Source: an uncultured Chloroflexia bacterium (GTDB lineage: Bacteria > Chloroflexota > Limnocylindria > Limnocylindrales > CSP1-4). Taken from it: a stretch of DNA of 64,000 nt. A program made the position numbers and the translations under genes. Below the pieces are notes generated by a model. It was not told where the DNA came from. It did not search any database and saw only the letters and a list, made by a program, of their open reading frames with translations. Of the stretch, positions 18,218 to 27,574 are shown piece after piece. Every line of letters begins with the position of its first letter. The stretch's first letter is position 1. Where the stretch lies: NCBI GenBank assembly GCA_963766675.1, contig CAVYBA010000002.1, positions 2,170,806 through 2,234,805 on the forward strand, in the 5' to 3' direction.

Positions 18218-20997
18218 CTACTTGTCTCCCTCGGACGACGACAACACGGCCTGCGCCGCAGCCAACCGGGCGACCGGGACGCGGAACGGCGAGCAGGACA
18301 CGTAGTCGAGCCCGATTCGTTCGCACTTGTGGATCGAGGCCGGGTCGCCGCCGTGCTCGCCGCAGATCCCGAGCTCGATGTCCGGCCGGGTCGAGCGACC
18401 CTTGTCGACGGCCGTCTTCATCAGCCCGGCCACCGCGTCGTCGAGGGTCTGGAACGGGTTGACCGGCAGGATGCCGTCTTCGACGTACTTGAGCAGGAAC
18501 CCGCCCTCGGCGTCGTCGCGGCTGTAGCCGAACGTCATCTGGGTCAGGTCGTTGGTGCCGAAGCTGAAGAACGCGGCGTGCCCGGCGATCTCGTCGGCGG
18601 TCAGGGCGCCACGCGGCACCTCGATCATCGTGCCGAAGACGTACTCGACGTTGACGCCGGCCTTCGCCTCGACGGCCTTGGCCTCGGCCTCGAGCAGGGC
18701 CTTGGTAGCCGACAGCTCGTTCACGTGCCCGACGAGCGGGATCATGATCTTGGCCTTTGGATGGCCGCCCGACTTCTTGACCGCGATCTGGGCGTTCAGG
18801 ATCGCCCGGGTCTGGACCTTGACGAAGTCCGGGATCATCAGGCCCAGGCGGCAGCCGCGAAGGCCGAGCATCGGGTTCTGCTCGTGCATCGACTTGATGG
18901 TCGCGAGCAGCTCCTTGTCCTCGTCGGAGGCACCGCCGGCGTCCTCGGCCCGGGTCACCTTGACGAGCTGGTCCTCGAGGTTCGGCAGGAACTCGTGGAG
19001 CGGCGGGTCGATCAGGCGGACGACGACCGGCAGGCCGTCCATCGCCTTGAAGATCCCTTCGAAGTCGCCCTGCTGGAGGACCTCGAGCTTGGCCATCGCG
19101 GAATCGAACGTGGCGACCGCGTCGGCCTCATCGGGGGTCAGCGTCCCGCCGGCCGCGGCCTTCGCCTTGGCCCGGGTGGCCACCACGGCGACGAGAATGG
19201 CCCCGCGGACGATCTCGAGCCGCTCGCCCTCGCGGAACATGTGCTCGGTGCGGCACAGGCCGATCCCCCGCGCGCCGTAGCGACGGGCCTGGGCGGCCTC
19301 CTCGGGCTTGTCGGCATTGGTCCAGACCTGCATCCGGCTGATCTCGTCGGCCCAGCCGAGGATCCGCTGGAGCGCCGGCTGGTCCTCGAACCGGGCGTCG
19401 ACGGTCGGCAGGGCGCCGACGTAGAGGGCGCCGCTGGAACCGTCGAGGCTGACCCAGTCGCCTTCCTTGAACTCGGTCCCGGTCACGTTGCAGTGGGCCT
19501 GGGCGTTGGCGTAGTCGACGATCAGGTCGGCCGAGCCCGCGACGCACGGCTTGCCGATCTGGCGAGCGACGACGGCCGCATGGGAGGTCGCGCCGCCGCG
19601 GGCGGTGATGATCCCCTGGGCGACGGCCATGCCGTGGAAATCGTCAGGCGAGGTCTCGATCCGGACCAGGATCACGCGCTCGCCGCGGGCCGCCCACTCG
19701 ACGGCGGTGTCGGCGTCGAACACCGCACGACCGACCGCGGCGCCGGGCGACGCGTTCAGGCCATTGACGATCTTGGTCGCCTTGGCGAGCGCCTTCGGGT
19801 CGAACGTCGCCCGGAGGAGCTGGTCGACGTGACCGGGCTCGATCCGCCGACCGCCTCCTTCGGGGTGAGGATGCCCTCGTCGACCATGTCGACGGCGATC
19901 TTCACCGCGGCCGCGGCGGTCCGCTTGGCCGAGCGGGTCTGGAGCATGTACAGCTTGCCGCGCTCGATCGTGAACTCGAGGTCCTGGACGTCGCGGTAGT
20001 GCTTCTCGAGCTGCTGGCCGATCTTCTGGAACTCGGCGTAGACCGCCGGCATGTCGGTCTGCATCTGGCTGATCTTGGGCGCGGTCCGGATCCCGGCGAC
20101 GACATCCTCGCCCTGGGCGTTGGTCAGGTACTCGCCGAAGAGGACCTTCTCACCGGTGTTCGGGTCGCGGGTGAACGCCACGCCGGTCCCGGAGTCGTCG
20201 CCCATGTTGCCGTAGACCATGGTCACGACGTTCACGGCCGTGCCCAGGTCGTGGGCGATCTTCTGGTTGTTGCGATAGTCGACGGCCCGCTTGCCGAACC
20301 AGCTGGCGAACACGGCCTTGATGGCGAGGTCGAGCTGCTCGTACGGGTCGCTCGGGAAGTCGCGGCCCGTGTCCTCGCGGACGATTCGCTTCGACTCCTC
20401 GACGACCTCGCGCAGCGCGGCGGCATCGAGGTCGGTGTCCTGCTTCGCGCCGTGGCGCTCCTTGGCTGCGTCGAGGGCGTGGTCGAATCGCTCGGCCTTC
20501 ACGTCCATGACGATCCGCCCGAACATCTGGATGAACCGGCGGTAGGCGTCCCAGCCGAACCGCTCGTTGCCGGTCAAGGCGATCAGCCCGTGGAGCGTCT
20601 CCTCATTGAGGCCGAGGTTGAGGACGGTGTCCATCATCCCGGGCATGGAGAACTTGGCACCCGAGCGGACCGAGACGAGGAGCGGGTCGGCGGCACTGCC
20701 GAAGCCCTTGCCCGTCAACGCCTCGACCTCCCTGACCGCCACGAGGACGTCCTGCCAGAGCCCGTCGGGGAGCTTCTCGCCCGCCGTGAAGTAGTCGTTG
20801 CAGGCTTCGGTCGTGATCGTGAAGCCGGGCGGGACCGGGAGCCCGGCGTTGGTCATCTCGGCCAGGCCGGCGCCCTTGCCGCCGAGCAGGTCGCGCATCG
20901 TCGCGTCGCCTTCGGCCGCCCCGCCGCCCCAGGCGTAGATGTAGCGCTTGGCGGCCTGGTGCGGGCGGTCCGCGGCAGGGACAGCGGTCTGGGTCAT
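18218..20997 (-). pseudogene. ppdK: pyruvate, phosphate dikinase, split by an apparent single-nucleotide deletion near 19850
   Basis: N-terminal ORF 19756..20997 carries the PPDK ATP-grasp part (LLGGKGAGLAEMT). The C-terminal frame down to 18218 carries the phospho-His motif GGATSHAAVVAR and the catalytic-Cys region GICGEHGGDP. The two frames join as ...LTPKEAV/RRIEPGHVDQLL... if one C is restored. Confidence 0.85.
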
Positions 20998-21063
20998 GGG
21001 AACGGGTCCTCCGGGTGGCGCGGCGGGAGCGAGACCGCGTGTGGTCCTGTGGGTAACGGTTGG

Positions 21064-21107
21064 ATTGTACCGTCGGACTCGGTTGGGCCTCGGTTGCGCG
21101 TCGGTTG
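21064..21107 (-). promoter_or_regulatory. candidate ppdK promoter: -10-like TACAAT plus three 11-bp-phased direct repeats
   Basis: Minus-strand TACAAT at 21064-21069. Plus-strand TCGGTTG occurs at 21079, 21090 and 21101, exactly 11 bp apart, 70-110 nt upstream of the ppdK start. Confidence 0.3.
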
Positions 21108-21179
21108 CGGAGGGGCCTGCGCAGACCCGATGGGAGCGCGACCAGGCGGGGCCCAGATGGGCCGACCGGCGCCGGCTCG

Positions 21180-21857
21180 TCAGGCTGGCAGTGCGGCCAG
21201 CAGTCGCAGCAGCGGCAGGCCGAGCTCGAGCGTCTCGGACAACCGGTCCGGCAGGTCCGGCGCGGCAGCATCGGCATCGGACAGCCGACGCATGAACACA
21301 ACCCCCTTGAGCTTGAGCAGGTCTGCGTCCGGATGGTCCGATCGATGGCCCTTGGGCACGCGCGTCAGTCGCTCACCCGAGACCTGGCCGAACAGCGCGA
21401 GGAACGCCGGGTCGTCGATCACGGCATGGACGCGCGCCGGGTCGGAATCGACCAGCCGCCGGAAGGCGTTCAGCCGAGCCGGCTCCGGGTGCCACATGCC
21501 GCCGCCGACGAACACCTCGCCGGGCGCCAGGTGGAAGTAGCCGCCGGCTCCCTCGCCGTCGCCCGCCCACGGAAAGCTGGCACCCACGTTCGACTTGTAC
21601 GGCGACTTGTCGTTGGAGAACCGGACGTCGCGGTAGATCCGGAACGGCGACCGGGCCGGGTCGGCGCGCAGCGGGATGCCGCGGGCCGCAAATCGGTCCG
21701 CCAGGGCGACGCACAGCGCTTCCAGCGGTTGCTTGAGGAGTCGCTCGTAGTCGGCCTTGCGTGGCTGGAACCAGGCGCGGTCGTTGTTGGCTGCCAGATC
21801 CGCGAGGAACTGGATCGCCTCAGGCCGGAAGCCCATGAAGGACGTGGTGGCCGCCAT
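21180..21857 (-). CDS. DUF2461 (TIGR02453) family protein
   Basis: ORF trimmed to the ATG at 21857. FLADLAANNDRAWFQPRKADYE and RIYRDVRFSNDKSPYK motifs are typical of this family. Confidence 0.75.
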   Translation of the reverse strand: MAATTSFMGFRPEAIQFLADLAANNDRAWFQPRKADYERLLKQPLEALCVALADRFAARGIPLRADPARSPFRIYRDVRFSNDKSPYKSNVGASFPWAGDGEGAGGYFHLAPGEVFVGGGMWHPEPARLNAFRRLVDSDPARVHAVIDDPAFLALFGQVSGERLTRVPKGHRSDHPDADLLKLKGVVFMRRLSDADAAAPDLPDRLSETLELGLPLLRLLAALPA

Positions 21858-22032
21858 GGTCGGACCCTCGGTTAGCGGGTTGGTCCCGCCGGAGACCGGG
21901 ATTCTACGTCGGGCATAGGGCGTCCTCTCCGCGGTTCCTCCGTCGTTCGACCGATGACCGACGTCGGTCGGCCACCGAGTCTGGGCGCACGCCCCGAAGG
22001 TCGGGGCACCGACCAACGGTGAGGAGGGCGAG

Positions 22033-22281
22033 ATGGCCAAGTTCATGGATGTCCATTCGGGCTTCTTCGGTGTCAGCGCCGAACAGCTGGCGGCCGCCCA
22101 CCAGGCGGACCTGGACATCGAGGCCCAGGAGGGCGTGCATTTCGAACGTGCCTGGCTCGATCCCGAGGCCGGCAAGGTGTTCTGCCTGGCGACCGGACCG
22201 TCGCGCGAATCGGTGATGCGAATCCATGAACGAGCCGGCCACCCGACGGCCGAGGTCTACGAACTCCCCATCGAGGTCTAG
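22033..22281 (+). CDS. DUF4242 (SCO4226-like) small protein
   Basis: 82 aa. MAKFMDVHSG...AAHQADLDIEAQEGVHFERAWLDPEAGKVFCL pattern. GGAGG RBS. Confidence 0.7.
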   Translation: MAKFMDVHSGFFGVSAEQLAAAHQADLDIEAQEGVHFERAWLDPEAGKVFCLATGPSRESVMRIHERAGHPTAEVYELPIEV

Positions 22282-22312
22282 CGGGTCGCAACGAAGGGAA
22301 GGGACCGTACCG

Positions 22313-22903
22313 ATGAATGACACCACCACCACTCGACGGCCGGTCCGGCGCTGGCCGGTGGTCGCGGGCCTGGCCGTCCTGGCCCTTACCGTGTTCGCCA
22401 TTCCCGTGGCCGCACGGTCCGACGGACAGTCGGACCTGGCCGGCGCGAGGAACGCGACGGCGCGTTTCCACGACCTCGCGGCGGCGAACGCGGCCGGTTA
22501 CAGCGTGGAGGTCGCCGATCTCCAGCAGCTCACCTGCATCGCCGATCCGGGCGGCGCCGGAGCGATGGGCATCCACTACCTCAACCCGGGCCTCGTCCCC
22601 GAGCTGTTCGATCCGACGGCGCCGGCTGCGGTGGACGCCTCCACCCCGGAGCTGCTCGTCTACGCGCCGGACCGCGACGGCGGCCCGAAGCGCCTCGTCG
22701 CACTCGAATACCTGACCATCAAGGCCAGCTGGGACGCGCAGCACAACGGTGTGCCGCCGTCGCTGTTCGGCCAGCCTTTCAACGAGACGCCGGCCGGCAA
22801 TCGCTTCGGCCTGCCGGCGTACTACAGCCTGCACGCCTGGATCTGGGATCCGAACCCCACGGACATGTTCGCACCATGGAACCCACGGGTGAGCTGCCCG
22901 TAA
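22313..22903 (+). CDS. secreted hypothetical protein
   Basis: ORF trimmed to the ATG at 22313. Signal peptide WPVVAGLAVLALTVFAIPVAA. Conserved-looking blocks GAMGIHYLNP and LHAWIWDPNP. Two Cys residues. Confidence 0.6.
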   Translation: MNDTTTTRRPVRRWPVVAGLAVLALTVFAIPVAARSDGQSDLAGARNATARFHDLAAANAAGYSVEVADLQQLTCIADPGGAGAMGIHYLNPGLVPELFDPTAPAAVDASTPELLVYAPDRDGGPKRLVALEYLTIKASWDAQHNGVPPSLFGQPFNETPAGNRFGLPAYYSLHAWIWDPNPTDMFAPWNPRVSCP

Positions 22904-22930
22904 CCGCCAGGCCTCGCCGCGCTTCCGCAC

Positions 22931-22961
22931 CGAACGCGGGGTCCTCCCGGCCCCGCGTTCG
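22931..22961 (+). terminator. strong hairpin after the secreted-protein gene
   Basis: CGAACGCGGGG-N9-CCCCGCGTTCG (11-bp perfect stem), 28 nt after the TAA stop. Confidence 0.5.
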
Positions 22962-23104
22962 CGTTGTCCTCCGGGGCGCATTCGGATCGCGTGCTTCGAC
23001 GCGCGACAGCGTCGCCTTCAAGGGTGGCGGTCGGGCGCCGCCCCGGGCCGGACGGGTACCATCCGCGGGACAGGACACCACGGACCGGACGGAGGCCGAT
23101 CGGC

Positions 23105-23911
23105 ATGATCCTTCCCGACGACCAGCGCGTCATCGATCCCGCCGCCGAGCAGTACAACGCGACGCTCGTGCGCCGCGTCGACATCACCGACGAGCTCGCC
23201 TATTTCTGGGTCAAATACGACGCCGAGCCCGTCCCGTTCGAGTCCGGCCAGTACATGACGACCGGCGTCTACGCCGACGGCAGGCTCTGGCAGCGGCCGT
23301 ATTCGGTGGCCTCGGCGCCGCGCGTGGCGGGGACCGAGGGCTACGAGTTCTACGTGCGGGTCGTTCCAATCATCCGGTTCACGACGCTCCTATGGCGTCT
23401 TCCGGTCGGACACCGGATGCGGATGATCGGGCCAAAGGGCCGCTTCCTGCTGGAGCCGAACGACCGGCGAACGCACCTGTTCATCTCGACGGGGACCGGC
23501 ATCGCCCCGTTCATGTCGATGGTCCGCGAGACGATGGCCGCCGGCCGGCCGCGCAAGACGGTCATGCTCCACGGCTGCTCGTACGTGGACGAGCTGGGCT
23601 ATCGCGAGGAGCTCGAGGATCTCGAACGCGACCGGGCCTACCCGTTGACCTACGTCCCCACGATCAGCCGGCCGAGGGACCCGCGCAATTCGGGCTGGAC
23701 GGGCCGCACGGGACGCGCCGAGCACGTCGTCCGCGAGGTCTGCCGCGACCTCCACCTGCGGCCGGACCAGACGGTCGTCTACATCTGCGGCAACCCGGAC
23801 ATGATCCTCAACGCGGAGTCGGTCCTCATGGAGAACGGGTTCCCGGAGTTCCACGTCAAGAAAGAGCTCTACTGGCCTAAGGGCAAGGAAGCGCCGATCG
23901 CCGCGGGCTGA
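23105..23911 (+). CDS. ferredoxin--NADP(+) reductase family flavoprotein
   Basis: ORF trimmed to the ATG at 23105. FAD motif RPYSVAS. NAD(P) motif STGTGIAPF. Confidence 0.8.
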   Translation: MILPDDQRVIDPAAEQYNATLVRRVDITDELAYFWVKYDAEPVPFESGQYMTTGVYADGRLWQRPYSVASAPRVAGTEGYEFYVRVVPIIRFTTLLWRLPVGHRMRMIGPKGRFLLEPNDRRTHLFISTGTGIAPFMSMVRETMAAGRPRKTVMLHGCSYVDELGYREELEDLERDRAYPLTYVPTISRPRDPRNSGWTGRTGRAEHVVREVCRDLHLRPDQTVVYICGNPDMILNAESVLMENGFPEFHVKKELYWPKGKEAPIAAG

Positions 23912-24014
23912 CCGCCGAGCGCGGAGGTCCCGGCCGCACGTGACATTCGGCCTGCGGCGAACGGGCCGAGCGACGCATAGGTGCATCGGAACCGCCAACT
24001 AGCATTGACTTACG

Positions 24015-24899
24015 ATGCATTCGATCCTCTCGTCCGACCAACTCTCCCCCAACGTCACCCGCCTCGTCATTGAGGCGCCCCGGATCGCGCAGATCCGCCA
24101 GCCCGGGCAGTTCGTCATCGTCCGGCTCGGACCGGGCGCCGAGCGGATTCCGCTGACGATCGCCGACGCCGACGCGGCCGCCGGCACGATCACCCTGATC
24201 ATCCAGTCGGTCGGCAAGAGCACGGCCGACCTCGTCGACCTCCGGCCGGGCGACGCGATCACCGACGTCGCGGGGCCACTCGGCCGGGCGACCGACCTGA
24301 TCGAGCGGGGCCACGCCGTCTGCGTGGGCGGCGGCGTGGGCACCGCGGTCATCCTGCCGATCGCTCAGGAGCTCAGCCGCCGCGGCGTACGCGTGACGAG
24401 CGTGATCGGCGGGCGGTCGCGCGAATGGGTGATCCTCGAACGGGAGCTGGCGGCGGCGGGCGAGGTCGTGACCTGCACCGACGACGGCAGCTACGGGCGC
24501 CCCGGCTTCGTGACCCAGGCGCTTGAGGACGTGCTCAAGGCCGGCGGCGTCGACGCCGTCTACGCGGTCGGCCCCGTGCCGATGATGCGAGCCGTCAGCG
24601 AGCTGACCCGCCCGTTCGAAGTCCCGACCCTGGTCTCGCTCAACGCGATCATGGTCGACGGGACCGGGATGTGCGGCGGATGCCGCGTCACGATCGACGG
24701 CAAGACGCGCTATGCCTGCGTCGACGGCCCCGAGTTCGACGGCCACGCGGTCGATTTCCGTGAGTTGTCGGACCGGCTGACGACGTACCGGATGTTCGAA
24801 CAGGCGGCGCTCGAACGGCGCGACGCCTGCCGGGTTCCAGGGCTGGCCGCGGCGCTCGTCCGCGCCGATGCGGCGGTCACCGAGGAGGCGGTCCGATGA
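24015..24899 (+). CDS. NfnA/SudB-like FAD- and 2Fe-2S-containing oxidoreductase subunit
   Basis: PyrK-like fold. C-terminal cluster motif GTGMCGGCRVTIDGKTRYACVDGPEF. Stop overlaps the next ATG (ATGA). Confidence 0.8.
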   Translation: MHSILSSDQLSPNVTRLVIEAPRIAQIRQPGQFVIVRLGPGAERIPLTIADADAAAGTITLIIQSVGKSTADLVDLRPGDAITDVAGPLGRATDLIERGHAVCVGGGVGTAVILPIAQELSRRGVRVTSVIGGRSREWVILERELAAAGEVVTCTDDGSYGRPGFVTQALEDVLKAGGVDAVYAVGPVPMMRAVSELTRPFEVPTLVSLNAIMVDGTGMCGGCRVTIDGKTRYACVDGPEFDGHAVDFRELSDRLTTYRMFEQAALERRDACRVPGLAAALVRADAAVTEEAVR

Positions 24900-26416
24900 C
24901 CGACGAAACCGGCCCGATGGGCGCATCCACCCTCAGCAAGAAGGAGCGGATGGCGATCCTGCGCCACGGCATGCCCGAGCAGGACGCGGTCGCCCGCTCG
25001 CAGAACTTCGGCGAGGTCAACCTCGGTTACGTCCTCGACATCGCGCGCCAGGAGGCCGAGCGCTGCCTGCAGTGCCCCAAGGAGTACTGCATCGACGGCT
25101 GCCCGGTCGCGGTCAACATCCCGCGCTTCATCTCGTTCCTGCGCGACGGCGACGTGCAGTCGGCGGCGGAGTCGCTCCTTGGCGACAACGCGCTACCGTG
25201 TGTCACGGGCCGCGTCTGCCCGCAGGAGACGCAGTGCGAGCAGGTCTGCCTGCGGGCCAAGACCGGCAAACCGGTGGCCATCGGCTACCTCGAGCGGTTC
25301 GTCGCCGACTGGGCGCAGCACCACACCGACCAGCTCGGCCATGCCCGGCCGACACAGACCGGCAAGCGCGTCGCGATCGTCGGCTCCGGCCCGGCCGGGT
25401 TGACCGCGGCCGGCGAGCTGGCCCGCGCTGGGCACGACGTGACCGTCTACGAAGCCTTCCATGCCGCGGGTGGTGTCCTGATCTACGGCATCCCCGAGTT
25501 CCGCCTGCCCAAGGCAATCGTCCAGGCCGAGGTGGACCGGCTGATCGCGGACGGGGTCAAGATCGAACCGAACGCGATCATCGGCAAGACCTATACGCTC
25601 GCTGAGCTGCGCGAGCAGTTCGATGCGATCTTCATCGCCGTCGGGGCCGGCCTGCCGGTGTTCATGAGCGTTCCCGGCGAGAACCTCAAGGGCGTCCTGA
25701 GCGCGAACGAATACCTGACCCGGGTCAACCTGATGGGCGCCTGGAACCCCGACTCGGACACCCCCGTCCTCCATGGCCAGCGCGTCGTCGTGGTCGGCGG
25801 CGGCAACGTCGCGATGGACTCGGTCCGGACGGCCCGCCGGATGGGTGCGGCCGAGGCCCGGATCGTCTACCGCCGATCGCACGACGAGCTCCCGGCGCGG
25901 GCCGAGGAGGTCCACCACGCCGAGCAGGAGGGCGTCCTGTTCGACTTCCTGGTCGCGCCGCTCGAGGTCCTCGGCAACGAGCAGGGCTGGGTCCGCGGGC
26001 TGCGCTGCCAGCGGATGGAGCTCGGCGAGCCGGACGACTCTGGCCGGCGGCGCCCGGTGCCGATCGAAGGCTCCGAGTTCGTCGTCGACTGTGACATGGT
26101 CGTCGTCGCCATCGGCACTCGGTCCAATCCGGTGCTCACCGCGTCCGCCCCTGACCTCAGGGTCAACCAGTGGGGCTACATCGAAACCGACGAACAGGGC
26201 ATGACCAGCATCCCCGGCGTGTTCGCGGGCGGCGACATCGTCCGCGGAGCCGCCACGGTCATCCTCGCTATGGGCGACGGCAAGCGCGCCGCCGGATCGA
26301 TCCAGCGTTGGCTGAACGGCGAGCCCCCGGCCGAACCCGCGGCCGAGGGCGCCGCGCAGGCGAGCGATAGCGCCGCGCACGCAACAGAACTCGAGGCGGC
26401 CGCCACCACGCTGTAG
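24896..26416 (+). CDS. NfnB / homotetrameric-type NADPH-dependent glutamate synthase small-chain-like subunit
   Basis: N-terminal Fe-S Cys clusters (CLQCPKEYCIDGCP, CPQETQCEQVC). Two GxGxxG folds (IVGSGPAGL, VVGGGNVAMD). Ala/Glu-rich C-terminal tail. Confidence 0.85.
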   Translation: MTDETGPMGASTLSKKERMAILRHGMPEQDAVARSQNFGEVNLGYVLDIARQEAERCLQCPKEYCIDGCPVAVNIPRFISFLRDGDVQSAAESLLGDNALPCVTGRVCPQETQCEQVCLRAKTGKPVAIGYLERFVADWAQHHTDQLGHARPTQTGKRVAIVGSGPAGLTAAGELARAGHDVTVYEAFHAAGGVLIYGIPEFRLPKAIVQAEVDRLIADGVKIEPNAIIGKTYTLAELREQFDAIFIAVGAGLPVFMSVPGENLKGVLSANEYLTRVNLMGAWNPDSDTPVLHGQRVVVVGGGNVAMDSVRTARRMGAAEARIVYRRSHDELPARAEEVHHAEQEGVLFDFLVAPLEVLGNEQGWVRGLRCQRMELGEPDDSGRRRPVPIEGSEFVVDCDMVVVAIGTRSNPVLTASAPDLRVNQWGYIETDEQGMTSIPGVFAGGDIVRGAATVILAMGDGKRAAGSIQRWLNGEPPAEPAAEGAAQASDSAAHATELEAAATTL

Positions 26417-26462
26417 GACCCGCCACCGGGCACGGCCCGGGCGCAGCGGCCAGGGGCCGCGC

Positions 26463-26603
26463 TCAGCTGAACAGGACCTGCTGGCCGAACCCCGGTGCGC
26501 CTTCCAGATCGAGCATCCTCCGCTTCGTGTCGAGGCCGCCCGGCGCCGAGAACCCGGCACCCACGACCGAGCTCGAGACGGCCGCCGCCACGTTGTGGCG
26601 GGC
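26463..26603 (-). pseudogene. orphan 3' fragment of an ogt-like gene
   Basis: Translates to ARHNVAAAVSSSVVGAGFSAPGGLDTKRRMLDLEGAPGFGQQVLFS*, which matches the C-terminus of the intact Ogt at 27575. The active-site block is degenerate and there is no N-terminal part. Confidence 0.65.
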
Positions 26604-26758
26604 CAACCTCCGACGCTCCTGGCCAGGCGCCCGGCCCTGGCGCTGCCCGCCCTCTCGGACCCTGATTCTGGGCATCCACCAAGGGGAGTTGTAGTTCGTC
26701 ACACAACGCCGCCGGATCTCGACGGCGTCAGGCGGATTCAGGGCCGATCGGCGGCGGT

Positions 26759-27502
26759 CTACGCTCGCGGAAGGACGCCACCGGCCAGGGCACGCCTTCG
26801 AAGCCGATTGACGGACCCTGTCCGACCGCCCCCGTTGGTGGATGCGATCAGCCAGATCCCAGACAGGTTCGATTCCGGCTGGACGAGCCAGTCGCGAACC
26901 CGTCGTCCCCGTGCCGGCAGCACAACGTCCAGGACCGCGGCGCTGGCGCGGATCCGTCGTCGCGTCGTCTCCGTTGCCGGAAGCACCAGCAGCCGCCCAA
27001 TGAGGGTCGGCGTGAACCCGAAGCGGTCACGACAGATCATCCGGCGTACCAGTCGATCCTTTTCGTCCATCTTGCGGAGCGTGGCCTCGATGGACGCCAG
27101 TTCGGACTTGACTTCGATGGAGACGACCACGCCGACCGACGCTCTCGCGGCCAGGACGTCGACCGAGCCGCGTTCTCCGAACGACGCGTAGGTCACCTCG
27201 ACCATCGCCTCCCAACCCCACCGCCCCAGGGCATGCGCAGCCGCGCCGACCAGCCGACTATGGTCCTCGTCCAGCAGGCGATCGAGCGCGCCGCCCCGCC
27301 ACGAGACGACCGGCTCCCAACGCGCGTCCAGGGACGCGAAGACCTCGCGCAGCGTGCGGCTCGCCAGCGAGGATCCGTGGCCGCGTTCGATCAGCGAGAT
27401 CGCCTGCTGGGACAACCCGACACGCGCCGCGAGGCGTGCCTGGGTCCAGCGGCGATGGCGCCTGAGCGCCCGGAGGATCCGACCAATCCGGATGTCGTCC
27501 AC
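26759..27502 (-). CDS. XRE-type HTH protein fused to a PD-(D/E)XK (NucS-like) nuclease-fold domain
   Basis: GTG start. HTH WTQARLAARVGLSQQAISLIERG. Nuclease-core-like block ERGSVDVLAARASVGVVVSIEVKSE (D...E-x-K spacing). Confidence 0.65.
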   Translation of the reverse strand: MDDIRIGRILRALRRHRRWTQARLAARVGLSQQAISLIERGHGSSLASRTLREVFASLDARWEPVVSWRGGALDRLLDEDHSRLVGAAAHALGRWGWEAMVEVTYASFGERGSVDVLAARASVGVVVSIEVKSELASIEATLRKMDEKDRLVRRMICRDRFGFTPTLIGRLLVLPATETTRRRIRASAAVLDVVLPARGRRVRDWLVQPESNLSGIWLIASTNGGGRTGSVNRLRRRALAGGVLPRA

Positions 27503-27574
27503 CTCGGGATCATCGCGCTCGAGGCTTCACCGGCGATCATCCGCTCGCCGGGCCCCCGCCCCGGCCCGCGACGA

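Noticed and set aside
19840-19860. Programmed ribosomal frameshift in ppdK
   Set aside because: There is no slippery heptamer or downstream stimulatory structure at the junction. A second simple homopolymer-type break 2 kb away makes an indel (mutation or assembly error) the more economical explanation.
17933-19999. 688-aa plus-strand ORF opposite ppdK
   Set aside because: It lies antisense to an unmistakable PPDK coding sequence and shows repetitive Arg/Asp/Gly/Leu shadow-frame composition.
26558-27574. IS element or integrase within the ogt-bracketed insertion
   Set aside because: The only ORF with coding character is the HTH-nuclease gene. I recognised no DDE, tyrosine or serine recombinase motifs and no terminal inverted repeats.
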